DNA from: Lama glama
Lineage: Eukaryota
Direction: 5' to 3'
Assembly: GCA_028534125.1 (NCBI GenBank)
Contig: CM052816.1
Location: 55,430,001-55,494,000, forward strand
DNA length: 64,000 nucleotides
Translations under genes and position numbers: made by a program
In this document: positions 11,580-23,589 of the stretch, in pieces
Position numbering within the stretch: the stretch's first letter is position 1
Layout of the letters: each line of letters begins with the position of its first letter
The notes under the pieces: generated by a model
Database searches by the model: none
The model's input: the letters and a program-made list of their open reading frames with translations, nothing else
Told to the model about the DNA's origin: nothing

Positions 11580-12460
11580 TTTAATTCACTCACAAAACAC
11601 AGTTTGTCTTCACACAGCATCATGTCAGTATTACATACAAGATAAGCTACGGTCCATGTCCTAGCAGAACTTTTATTTTTTAAATTTTGCTTGTGGCTTT
11701 TTTTTTTTACAGGGAGAGGGAATAAGGTTTATTTAGTTAGTTAGTTATTTTAATGGAGGCACCAGGGATTGAAGCCAGGACCTTGTACGACTAAGCATGT
11801 ACTCTAACCACTAAGCTATACCCTCCTCCCAGAACTTATATTTTTACTGATGAGACAATACATATCCTTACTCATGTGAAACTTGAGACAAAAAAGTGGT
11901 ACAGAATAAATAGGGGTAACTGAAAAAGATAAAAGGGGTAACTGTAAAATTATATAGTTAGAACAGGCATCAGGGATCTTGATCTGAGCCTTGAATGACA
12001 TGTTCCATGGAAAGTCAGCATTCCAAGTAGAAGGAAAAGCATAAGGAAAGAGTTAGAGATGATTCAAGGATCAGTGAAGATATCAAACAGGCTGCACAGT
12101 GGTTTTGAACTGGGGAACAATGTCAAGAAAAATCTCAGATTATGAAGTCTAAAATGAGCCCATAAAGACTGGGGTTTGATTGTATAGACAATGGAAAGCC
12201 ATAGGAGCCTGATGTACAGAGCAGAGATATAAAGGACACAAAATACCTTGGGTTCTGTAAATGAGGATGTACGAGAGGAGAGATAAGGGATTGACAAGAA
12301 TGTACTGCAGTAAGCCAGGTCACAGGGAGTGACAGTGATGGTATGAGTGATGAACCCAAAAGGCACTAAACTTTAACTTGACTTCTAGTCCCAGCTCTGC
12401 ACTATCTGGCTTAATGATCCTGGACAAGACAATCTCTGCGCCTTTGGACTTTTGTTTCCT
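11580..12460 (-). mobile_element. LINE-2 (plus MIR-like) fragment interrupted by a SINE
   Basis: L2-type text 'ttgatctgagccttgaatgac...cattccaagtagaaggaaaagcat...atggaaagccatagg'. Confidence 0.55.
11673..11829 (-). mobile_element. tRNA-Ala-derived SINE (Vic-1-like)
   Basis: Reverse complement of the SINE head ('ggaggcaccagggattgaagccaggacc...ctaagctataccctcc') with a T-rich tail; 'cagaactt' occurs on both flanks as a likely TSD. Confidence 0.85.
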
Positions 12461-12586
12461 CTACTCCCAGGATCTCTTTGGATTAAACAAAGTGTTTCTG
12501 AAAATGACAGCAAGCCAACAAAAATGGACCAAATAGATAGAGGTCTCTGACTCTCCTGTTTACTCTTGCTTCAACCAAATCCCATT

Positions 12587-12645
12587 CAGCAGCAGCAGCA
12601 GCAGCAGCGGTGGTGACAGCAGTAGCAGCAGCAGTAACAGTAGTA
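12587..12645. repeat. Imperfect (CAG)n microsatellite
   Basis: cagcagcagcagcagcagcagcggtggtgacagcagtagcagcagcagtaacag. Confidence 0.85.
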
Positions 12646-15289
12646 ACTTGCAGGCTTCTAGGTATCATCTAGAGAGAAAGTTCTGCTACCTTGAAAGTTT
12701 TGAAAAAACTGGACTACAGGAGCTTCCTTCAAAGACGTAAGAAATCTGAGGTTCTATTGAGGAGACAGCAGTTTTAAAAGAGAAGACTTGGTAGGACTTG
12801 GTAACTGATTATATAGAGAAGGAAAGAAAGTGAAAGATTTCAAAGAAGATCGAATGACTGGAAGATATGAAGCAATGATAATCATAAGGAGCAAGTGTTG
12901 GTTCCTGGGAGAAAACACTGAGTTTTCCCCTAGAGTTTGAGAGGAAACCTGGTATGAAAATATGTGTTTTCCCTTCATTGTTTTCTAATCCTCTGAAAGT
13001 AGATCTTTCTCCATAATCTGCAACATCCAAAAACAGAGTACTTATATTCCAAACATAAACTAAAGTATTAGATATGGTGCCTTTTATTATTAATTAAAAA
13101 TTAATACACTGCTCAATTAGGGATAAACTTTTTAATGTGTACTTAGGTAATACGCTTTTGCCTCAGTGACACAGGTATTTGCAGTAAATCCTTTGGGCTT
13201 TAAATTACTGGCTTCTGTTTCCCACATTTAAACCAATCCACAACTCATAAAGTATTTCTCTCCTAAGATATTTCTTTTAACAAAAAGGGAATATTAATTT
13301 GATATATCCTCTTTTGAAATGTTACCTTTGCCCTGGATTTCATACTAGATTCAAGAATGCTTTGAACAAGCAAAACTATAATTCTTCCATATGCAAAGTC
13401 AGCATATATTTTAAATTTTCTTTCTCAATCACAGTATCACATGCAAAAAGGAACAAAAGCTACAGGGAACAAAGTGTAATGGATCGTGATGACTGTTTTA
13501 GAACAGCTGGAACCTCCTTACAGCCTACTGTAGGCTATGTGAGCTGAATTCAGAAGTGCTGAAAATGGATTTCACTGCAAGCTACACAGTTTTGGGGGCA
13601 AACATACTTTTTTTTTGGTAACTTACAACTACAGAAGGACTCTCAAGTAAAAGGATCATGCCAATGAGATGTGTGTTACATCCTTCTACCTTGTGTATTT
13701 TTTCCATAATACAAAGTACACACAGAATGGTTTCTAAACTAACACATTTTGTTCCAATTGCCTGCCACTAATGCAACAAACTGCATTTTTCTATCTATTT
13801 ACTGGTGTTACTGTTCTTTTCTCTTGTGAGTGGAATTATTACTATTAGAGCAAATCAATTGGATCTTAATGTTTTGAGGCAAAAGAGAGGTCAAAGAGTG
13901 ATTTTTGATCCCCTGTCTCCATCTTCTAAACGTAGCATACTTATGTTTGAAATAACTGTATTACACACAGAAAGGAGGAGGAAAGGAGAGAAATGTACCA
14001 CACTTCCATTCTATTCCAGCTTTTAATATCCTCATGGTATACTGCCCTTGTCCTATCTCCTTGAAAGTAACTCTCACTGAGTTCAGGGCCATTTTGTTCA
14101 GATTAAGTTCTTCAAGCTATGCTCAGCTTCAGCTTAATGAACAGAAGCCTCCCACATCCTGAAAAATCACGTCCTTTCAGTGTGACTGGGATGACATCCT
14201 TCAATTTCCTGCTAAGGGATTACAAGTAAATGGATACGGGGAAGACTAATGACCAAGAAAATCTGACATTTGGTAAAGCTGTTCTGCCACTAAGGTGATC
14301 CTTCCCACACTCCATACTCCCTGCCTGGGAACCTGGCTTGCTCAAATGGAACCTGTGATCAGGAGAGAATGCCAGTGTTAAACAGCTCTTTGATTGCTTG
14401 AGAATCATGACACACAGAGAGATTTAGCTGCCCATCAAGCACATTCGCTTGTATTTTTTTCCTCAGAAAACTCTCTTCACTAATCCCATTTCTACTAATC
14501 CAAGTCCTCCTAGGCAGAATCCTCCTACTCCCATTCTTTTTCTCCCTGCATTGTGACTCTCCAAGCTATTTCTGATAGGAAGACTCAAGCAGACATTTAA
14601 TGGTGCAGAACAAGCAAGGCAGCTCTCTCTGCTGTGCACCCCATCACAATAAGCGTGCGATCCCCATGACTCAGAATGAATCAGATGGAGAGGAAAAAAT
14701 AACAGCACAAAGCCGCAGCGTAAGAAAGAAACGGCAACCTGTGATCTTGAGAAAGAAGACTGCACTGCTGATTGCATTACCCAAGAGCTAGTTGCCCTGT
14801 CTGCTGCATTCTTCAAAGAACAGGTAAAACAGAGAGCAGGTTTTCCTTCCAGAGGAAATCAAAACCTTCTGTTGTTTAAACACACTCTGGAAAAATAAAT
14901 CATTTCTCTCTGTTCTCCCAAGCTATGTTGTATCAAAATCAGAGGTGCATGTCAAAACCCTGTTCTTTGCATTTACATTTTGCACTGCCCTGATGCTCTG
15001 CCCTGCATGTTGGAAATTTCATAGATATATACATACTCAAAATACAAAATGCAAAATTGGATAATGCATGTGTGAGTGTGTACTTGTATTTCAAAATACT
15101 GAAGTGGGTCAATTCTTGGGTTATGCCTACTTCCTTTTTCACTATTTCTAACTGACACACAGGAAGTTCTTCACTGGGATTAACCAGCAAATTTGCTTAT
15201 GTGTAAGAGCAGCTACCCCAACCTTACTCAGACCCACACTCTTTCTACCTGCTACTGGAATTCTCCTCCTTCCATCCTCTCTTAGTGGC

Positions 15290-15725
15290 TTTACTTTGCA
15301 TTTCCTTAATGGTTAGTGTGCTCAGCATCTTTCCATGTGCTTATCTGCCATCTTTTGTCCAAGTTCTGTTCAAATTCCTTTCTCATTTTCAAACTGGATT
15401 GTTTGTTTTCTTACTGTTGAATTTAAAGGGTTTTTTAAAAATATATTCTGGATAGAAATCTTTTGTAGGATTTGTGATTTCCAAGTAATTTTTTCCATGG
15501 TATGACTTTATTTTCATTCTCTTAATGATGTCATTCACAGAGCAAATATTTTTAACTTTGATGAAGTTCAATATACTGATTTTTTTAATGAGTCATGCTT
15601 TTTGTGTTATGTTTAGAAACTCTTTGCCTACCCATAAGTCATGAAGATTTTCTTCTGTCTTTTCCTCTAAAAGTTTATAATTTTACACATAGACCTATGG
15701 TAAATTCTGAGTTAATTTTTGTATA
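15290..15725 (-). mobile_element. LINE-1 fragment
   Basis: 'ttgcatttccttaatggttagtgtgctcagcatctttccatgtgcttatctgccatc'; ORF 15389-15571 (FIKVKNICSVNDIIKRMK) is L1 ORF2 C-terminal-like. Confidence 0.8.
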
Positions 15726-15739
15726 GTAGACACACTCTC

Positions 15740-16500
15740 TTTTCAGTTACTCGGGCCAAAAATTTTGAAGTTACCTCTGCCTTTTATCTCTTACACCCAC
15801 ACCAAAACCATTAAGGAGTTCTGCTGATTCTCCCTTCTCACCAGTTTCACATGTACAACTCTGGCCTGACCCATTATTATCTCATCTAGATCACTATATA
15901 TGCCTCTCAGTTAATCTCTCTTTTCTTATCTTGTCCTGTACAGCCTATCCTCAACACAGCAACAAAAATGACCTTTTTAAAGCATGAGAGAGATCAGATT
16001 ATGCTTCTGCCAAAAACCCTCTAGTAGCTCCCGTTTCTACACAGCATACTCCCTCCTCACAGGCTTCCTGATGCTTCTTGACCACGCCAGGCACACTCCC
16101 ACTTAGTCATTATATGGCTGCTCCCATGACGGAAACACTCCTCCATTAGGCGGCCACAGGGCTAACTCCCTCACCTCCTGTAAGACTACTCACATATCAG
16201 CTTTTTGGTGAAGTCTAAAATTTCCACCTACTTGTCACCTAGCAGCACTCCCAATCATCCTTACCTTCCTCTCCTTTTTATTTTTTGAGAGCATTTATCA
16301 TCTCCTGATACATCTCCTACTATACCTATTGATTATAACTATAACCTTACTATCCGTCAGAAAACAGAAAGATGCTAGAAAATAACCTCCACGGAGGCAG
16401 AGCTCCTCGTTTTGTCCACTGACACACCTCATGCACTCAGAAATGCCTGGCAGTAATAGCTACTCAATAAGTCTTTTTTCGAATGATAGAATGATAGCAT
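15740..16500 (+). mobile_element. LINE-2 3' fragment
   Basis: L2 motifs ending 'tgcctggcagtaatagctactcaataagt...gaatga'. Confidence 0.6.
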
Positions 16501-16509
16501 TTCTTAAAT

Positions 16510-17283
16510 CAGTGATTCTCAAAGTATGGTCTGCCAACCCTTGGCAGTTTCCACATCCTTTCAAGGGATCCACAAGGTCAAAACTACTTTCAAAATGATC
16601 CTAAGATGATACTTGCTTTTTTCACTGTACTGTCGTTTGCACTGATGGTGCAAAAGCAATGTGGGTAAAGCTGCTGTTGCCTTAGCACCAATTGAGGCAG
16701 TGATACCAAACTGTTCCTGCAATTGTGTGTAACTCATTGCCATGCTCTCACAATTGCTTCCCTTAAGAATGCCCTTGATACAGCGCTAAAAATTGTTCTC
16801 AAGCCTAGAGTATACTTCTTCTTTCTAATATTCTAAGTCACAAAATGGAAAGTACTCATAGAGCACTTCTGCTGTGTAACAAGTACAATGGTTGGCTCGA
16901 GAACAACTTGAACATTTATGTTGCAAGCTGAACTAGACACGTTTTTCATGGAACTTCATGTTGTCTTAAAAAAACACTGACCAAGTTACTGTTTTTCGGA
17001 TTTGGGTATTGGTGGACATTTTCACTTCACATTCTAGTCACTTTAAGGAAAAGAGCACAATATTTGTTGCCAAAGATAAACTCTAATCTTCCAAAATAGA
17101 TCAGAATACTGGAAATTCGCATCTTTCACCGTGAGCTTGTAAGCTTCCCAATACTTACAAGTTTTCCTTATTTAACTTCTAATATGGTAAATATAAATAC
17201 ACATAAACAAAAGCTCTTTGGATTCTTCAGTAATTTTTTTAAGAGTTAAGAGGTTCTGAAAACAAAAAGTTTGAGGACAAATG
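16510..17283 (+). mobile_element. hAT-Charlie DNA transposon (Charlie1-like)
   Basis: Terminal inverted repeats cagtgattctcaaag ... aagtttgaggacaaatg, with a Charlie1-type 5' sequence. Confidence 0.75.
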
Positions 17284-17899
17284 ATTTGTGACCCTCCCTG
17301 TTCTTTACAACCCTAGCTATTTCCACGAGTATGTGACATGGCAGGGCACACCCGGTTCTGCACCTTCACACGGGGCCCCGGCCCATCGATGCGCTACAAG
17401 TCATTCATTTCTGTTGCACAACTAAGGGTCACTTGCAAGGTAGGGCAGCTATAGCTAAGAACATTGCTTGGTGGGAGAGGTCCTGGGGATCAGCAGAGAC
17501 CAGGGATTTGCTGTTAAGACTCACCATCCCAAAATGAACTTCTGAGGTTTCCAAGGCCAGACATCAGGTGAGAGCCCATGGTTTTCTGACGAACTCTTGA
17601 AGGAATTACAAGTACCGTCTGATTCACTGCGTAGCGTAAACACTGCACATCAAGTGCTTTTCATGCTTGGGATTCACCTAACACCCTAATTTCCTAGCTC
17701 TGGAAATAAAGTTGCACATACTAATTAGATTATGAAAGAATATACACATTTACTCACTCGCCAACTTTCACAAACTTACTTGGAATTGGAGGCTAAGAGA
17801 CGAAAGTATCTGCAAAACCCACTAGGGGTTCGGGGTGGGGGGAAATAAGATGGAATCTAGGTGATAAGGCCAAATCGCTCCTCTGGGGCTTAGCCTAGT

Positions 17900-18270
17900 T
17901 TCACGTACCTATATGAGGCTGCGTGCGGAGGCCTTGCACCTAAGTCGTCAGAGGAGAGTTCCCCGCGCAGAACCGCTGCGCCGACGCCCCAGCGGCGCGG
18001 ATCCGCCGCAGAGGCGGCGCTGGACACCTCAGCTCAAGATGGCGGCGGCCGGCACCTCGGTCTGAAGGGCCCCGAGCCACACGCCTGCGCCCCACAGGCA
18101 AGGGCTCCGCCCCTCCCTCCCCAGAGGAGGGCCCCACAGAGCAGCCCCGCCCACAGCCCGCAGAGAGCATGTGCTCTAGGGCGCAAGCTCCGGCCTCTCC
18201 ATTCTTTTCGATCAAGTAAAACTTTCTTTTGCCTCTGAACCAAACTTGGTCTCCTTCTATTGGCATGAGC
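17900..18270 (-). promoter_or_regulatory. CpG island / putative promoter and first exon of an unidentified minus-strand transcript
   Basis: Dense CpG. YY1 site CAAGATGGCGGC (~18035-18046), GC box (~18105-18120), CCAAT on the minus strand (~18259-18263). Minus-strand donors TAG|GTACGT (17909/17908), CAA|GTAAGT (17780/17779) and CGA|GTGAGT (17758/17757). Confidence 0.6.
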
Positions 18271-18318
18271 AACACTGGACAGGAGGACCATTACTGGGAC
18301 CCAAAAGCTCGGGTAACA
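18030..18318 (+). mobile_element. Probable ERV LTR remnant overlapping the CpG island
   Basis: Ends in 'ggtaaca' with an AGTAAA signal upstream. Its reverse complement (tgttacc...gccaata..ggagac..) parallels the end of the LTR at 26201-26721. 5' boundary uncertain. Confidence 0.5.
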
Positions 18319-18829
18319 TATCCAGAAGTTATTTTCTCTTCTGCAAATTGACATAAATATTAGCCATCATTTCCTCTCAGCGGTGCTGTAATGCAAGAGC
18401 CATTGAAAACTGTTGAAGAAAGATACTGGCCGACAAAAAGAGCTTCCCATTACAACATACGACAGAATCCCTGCTTATTTGTACTCCCTGCTCCCACCGC
18501 TGAGCATCTTATAAGAACAGTATAAAGTTTTTGTAAATCAGCAGACTTTGACTTATATATTTAAGAACTGTCTGATTTGAGGGAGTGGAGTAAACTGACG
18601 CTAGAAAATCAATCGCCTCTCACTCATCCTACCCCATCTGACTACTCAAGAGAGAAGAAATTCAAACTGGCAGTAGTTAAATTATTATAAAAGCGGAGAC
18701 AGAGTTGAGTTAGACGATTCACTGGGTAACTTATTTTGGAAATAAAAAGGCTACATAGATAGGTAGAATGTGGACCTACTAAATAGCGGCTGAGTTTTCT
18801 TCCAGAAACAACGTTTTTAGACACTAGTA

Positions 18830-19253
18830 CGGTTAAAGGAAAGTCATAATTGTCTCAATTCTGTAAAAAGATTTCAATCCAAAATGGAACCGAAGTACAT
18901 GAGATGGAGAATCTCACACATGGGCTCTCACGAAAATGAAACTTAAGAACTGAGAGAATGACTTCCCCTAAATACCTGATTTATCGAACACTGGAAACTC
19001 ATCTCCTGACCAATAAATATCCACTGAGAATCTCTCCCCATCCTCAAGCCAGTGAGCTTACAGCTAGACTCTGGGTGGACCCTATTTTTGTACATTTTCC
19101 CCATAAATACAGCCCACCCAAAACCCTCAAGGGACTCGCCTGTAGCTTGCTACAGTTAGCATTTCCTAAATTACCATTCCTCTGCTATTCCACAATAAAC
19201 TTAACTTCTGGTCATTGAAATTTGCTTCAGTTCACCTCTTTATTTAGGCTGAC
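18830..19253 (+). mobile_element. ERV1-class solo LTR
   Basis: 'cataaatac' TATA-like, 'caataaac' polyA signal and 'aggctgaca' terminus. Confidence 0.5.
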
Positions 19254-19381
19254 AATTTGTTTTCAAAATGTGAGTCTACAAATCACAGGGCTGTGAGTAG
19301 CGGCCATGTCTGTGTCAGGTCTCCAGCTGCAGTGGACACTTTGGTGGTCACCTCACCAGGGTCACTTTGGTGCATGCAGCC

Positions 19382-19715
19382 TGTTAAATTGATTAAACAA
19401 GGAGGCCATTAGACTGAGGTGAACTTAATGCCATAATGACTGGCATAGGCAAACCAAAATCTAAGCCTATAAATGCTTCAAAGTTACAAAATCAAAACCT
19501 AAGGACAACCAATCACAAATAGCCAACTAGACTTTAAGCCATAGCCAATCAATATCATCCTTTGTTCCCATCTTTCCTCCATAAAGGGCTCTCCTGCAGC
19601 TCCTGCGGGTGCACAGCACTTCTGACCACTTTCAGTTGTCCCTGTCCGATTCATATCTCTTTTTGCTCAAATAAACTCTTAAAAACTTTTATATGCTTCC
19701 CTTTCTCTTTTAACA
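19382..19715 (+). mobile_element. ERV1-class solo LTR
   Basis: tgttaaa...tttaaca inverted termini, CCAAT boxes, 'ccataaa' and AATAAA. Confidence 0.7.
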
Positions 19716-20034
19716 TGCCTTACTTCCACCTTACCAGAACCTATGATTCTTTACCTGAGGGCTTTCTCTGGCCACCCAAGCACACAATGCCCCATGCAAG
19801 CAGATGGAAAGTGGGGAAATGCCTACACTCCATCAACTTCACCACTGACACTCGGATGGTGGGGACTCTACAGGTGTGGCTCCGCTGTGGGCCAGTAAGC
19901 AGTGGACTCGAGCTCAGCTGACCAGGACAGGAGTGGAGGCGGGGTTCTGGCCTGATTAATACACGCTCTTTTGGCTGCCTTCACTTCCTTATCTGAAGCC
20001 CTCATTGCCCTGCCTTCATCTACCAAATAAACTA

Positions 20035-20330
20035 CAGTCCTCCCTCAGAATGGGAGGGGATGGGTTCCAGGACCCCTGCGGACACCAAAATCTGCAGATG
20101 CTCAAGTCCTTTATATAAAAATAACATATTTGCATATAACCCATGCACACCCTCCTGTGTATTTTAAATCATCTTTCAATTACTTATAATACCTAATACG
20201 TTGTAAATGCTACATAAATATAGTTGTCAGCCTGGGGCAGATTCAAGTTTTGCTTTTTGGAACTTTCTGGAGTATTTTTTCAAACATTTCTGACCCAAGC
20301 TTAGTTGAATCTGAGGACGCAGAATAACAA
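20035..20330. mobile_element. Tigger/MER2-like MITE (opposite orientation to 3591-3896)
   Basis: 'tacagtcc...ccaaaatctgcagatgctcaagtcctttatataaaa'. Confidence 0.7.
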
Positions 20331-20399
20331 AGCTATGTCTTGAGTGTGCCAACCATGCTTTTCCTACACTTTGAAGTACACAGAAGATCCCTCCCAATC

Positions 20400-20660
20400 T
20401 TTTTTGAAGTATAATTGAGAAATAAGAGTTGTATATATTTAAGATGTACAACATGATGATTTAATATTTGTATATTTTGTGAAGTGATTATCACAATCAA
20501 GTTAGTTACCCATATCCATCACCTCAGTGTGTGTGTGGTGAGAACACAAGATCTATGCACTCATCAAATTTCAAATATATAACACAGTATTATTAACTAT
20601 AGTCACCACATTGTACATGAGATCCCCAGAACTTATTCATCTTAGAACTGAAAGTTTGTG
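20400..20660 (-). mobile_element. LINE-1 3' end
   Basis: 'atatttaagatgtacaacatgatgatttaatat...ccagaacttattcatcttagaactgaaagtttg'. Confidence 0.8.
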
Positions 20661-21175
20661 AAATACATAGACCTTAGTCCAGCAATGTGCTTCATATCCA
20701 GCAGTCACTCTTTTGCTAACTTTAATAAACGAGGAGACTTATAGGAACAAAAATGAGAGAAGAAGGCCTACGAATATAAGCACTTTACTCCCACATGAAA
20801 GCATTTAGAGTCCCCCTTGGGCTACTCTTCAAAACCAAAATGTAATAGAATATAAAATGAAGTTAGTGAGAGAATAACCAAGGTTATCTGGTTCCTTGTA
20901 TCAACACTCAATCTTCCTGAGTTGAAATGAATAGGTTAGACGCAAATGGGTGTGGGAGGGAGGAGGTGGGAAGGAGAGAGGAGGTAGACTCGCTCTTGAC
21001 TGTACAGCCCCAAACTGCTATGCTGCTCCATCCCTTGACCTCCTTTGTGTCCATCAACTTCAATCAACTGCAAGGGCAACACCCCTTAGTGGATTGACAT
21101 GCATGCTTATTCCCTATAGGACACATAGATTATATTCTATATGTTCTGCTAAGATGGCAGGAAATCAAGCATTAC

Positions 21176-21392
21176 TTTTTTTTAATGAAGTATAGTTGAT
21201 TTATAATATTATGTTAGTTTCAGGAGTACAACATAGTGATTCAATATTTTTATAGATTTTACTCCATTTAAAATAAATGTAAAATATTGGCTACATCCCC
21301 TGTGCTGTAAAACATATTCCTGTAGCTTTCTTACTTTGCATATAGAGTTTGTGCTTCTTAATCCCCTATCCCTATCTTGCCCCGCCCCTCCA
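21176..21392 (-). mobile_element. LINE-1 3' end
   Basis: T-rich tail followed by 'gaagtatagttgatttataatattatgttagtttcagg'. Confidence 0.8.
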
Positions 21393-21669
21393 TGCATTAC
21401 ATTCTGAAAGAATATTACCTAATTGATTAAAAGAAAAAAGGCAGCTCTTGAAGAAGTTAGCTTTAGGTGTTTAGAAAACTTAGTCTAATAGATCTTTCTC
21501 CTGCCAAAGTCATCTAAGCTATTTATATTGTTCCCTAAGATCCTATACCTTCATTTTTAATTTCTTCACCTCACTTAAATATTTTAAAGGCAAATCAATA
21601 TAGCACTTGTATTTCACATATGTAAGTATTCATTTAAATAATGTTTGGGAAGTACTGTACTAAATGAGC

Positions 21670-22522
21670 CATTTTAAAACAGAAGATATTCTATAAGTGG
21701 CTAATAGGCACGTGAAAAAATGCTCAGTATTACTAATTATCAGAGAAATGCAAATCAGAACTACCATAAACTATTGCCTCACACCTGTCAGAATGGCCAT
21801 TATTAAAAAGTCCACAAATCATATATGCTGGAGACAGTGTGGAGAAAAAGGAACCCACTTACACATTGGTGGGAATGTAGTTTGGTGCAGCCATTATGGA
21901 AAATAGTATGAAGATTCCTTAAAAAACTAAAAACAGACTTACCACATGATCCAGCAATCTCACCCCTGCACATATATCCACAGGGAACTCTAATTTGAAA
22001 AGATACATGCACTCCAATATTTTATATATATATATATATAATGGAACACTACTCAGCCATAAAAAAGAATAAAATAATGCCATTTGCTGCAACACGGATA
22101 GACCTGGAGATCATCATTCTAAGTGAAGTACACCAGAAAGAGAAAGAAAAAATATGATTATTACTTATATTTGGAATCTAAAAAAAGATACAAATGAACT
22201 TATTTACAAAACAGAAGCAGACTCACAGACATAGGAAACAAACATGGTTACCAGCAGGGAGAGGGGGTTGGAAGGGATAAATTGGGTGCTCAAGATTTTC
22301 AGATACTAACTACTATATATAAAATAGATAAACAACAAGTTTATGGCAAATAGCACAGTGAACTATATTCAATATCTTGTAGTAACCTGTAATGAAAAAG
22401 AATATGAAAATGAATATATATATATGTATATGTATGACTGAAACATTATGCTGTACACCAGAAATCGACAACATTGTAAACTGACTATACTTCAATTTTA
22501 AAAAGTAATTAAAAATAAAAGA
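21670..22522 (+). mobile_element. LINE-1 3' part (ORF2 end plus 3' UTR)
   Basis: ORF 21697-21906 ([40 protein letters not shown]) is the L1 ORF2p C-terminus; 3' UTR and A-rich tail follow. Confidence 0.92.
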
Positions 22523-23589
22523 AGGTATTTTACTCACAGTTGCTCATAATCAGTATAAATATAAATATACAAACAAAGGCTTACAAATATTGTACACCTG
22601 TCACAAATAATCATAACCTTAAAATATCAATTTACCTTAATAGTCCAAACAGCTCATGAAAATTTATTGCCAGGGGAGAACTGAAATGAGTCAAGAGAAC
22701 AATGTGTTCTTTGTCTTTTACTTCAGTTATCTTTACATAATTCCTAATTTTGTGATGAGACATTTTGGAATCTTGATTGCTTTCTTAGAAATCTACTGAT
22801 TGCCTCAGTACACAGCAGTGATTCAGTCAAGTATTTAAGAAGTATGCAGGAAAGAGAGGTTCCAGTAAATTACTTGTACATCTTAACTTGCAAATAGAAC
22901 TGTTTGCTATGGAATAAACAATTGTTACTTTTTGGGAACCTGACAGTCTTTAAAGCAATAACACTCCGGAGACATTTCACACATAAGGAAGGGGACATTT
23001 GACCCGGGTGTCAATAGCTGTAAGTCCATGGATCCAGGGTGACTGTGCTCCTCTCTGGACCCACCTTGGGATGTAGTGGTTTAGTGCTTGCACTGCTACA
23101 CCTGAAAACAGTCTGCCTCATAATGACATTCTAAATTCTACTGTTAGTCCCCCCAAATACACAACGTCCCTTTGGGGGCTCTTTGTGTTGCCATCAGAAG
23201 ACCATCAACTTAAGGGCTGGTTGCCTAAGAATATGGGTACATGTGGCCCAAAAAACACAAAGACTGGCAGACGTGTAGGGCACGTTTACCTAGTTAGAAG
23301 GATGGAGTGTTGTGGCCTCTGAATTTCTGCATTATTCCTCATTGCCATGGCCCCATATTCACTTCTTATGTCTGCCCTGTTGTGGTAGTAGATGATACCA
23401 TCTGGCTCCCATGTGTTCTGGTTCCATTTACCATTGTTTAGGATCAAGGGACTGCTGCTGTGACGGCTCCAACCCAGGGGAAAGAGCCACAGGGTTAGTT
23501 TCGCCTCAACTTTCCAGCAAAGGACTAAATGCTTCCCTCTCTGATGGTTATTGTGACTTCCCTTGGCCCCTGTGAATACAGACATGAAA

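Noticed and set aside
12483..12668. Poly-alanine ORF
   Set aside because: It is the translation of a CAG/CTG microsatellite, with no gene context.
18039..18065. + strand ATG in strong context (AAGATGGCGGCG)
   Set aside because: Stops after 8 codons with no downstream donor; better explained as a YY1 site.
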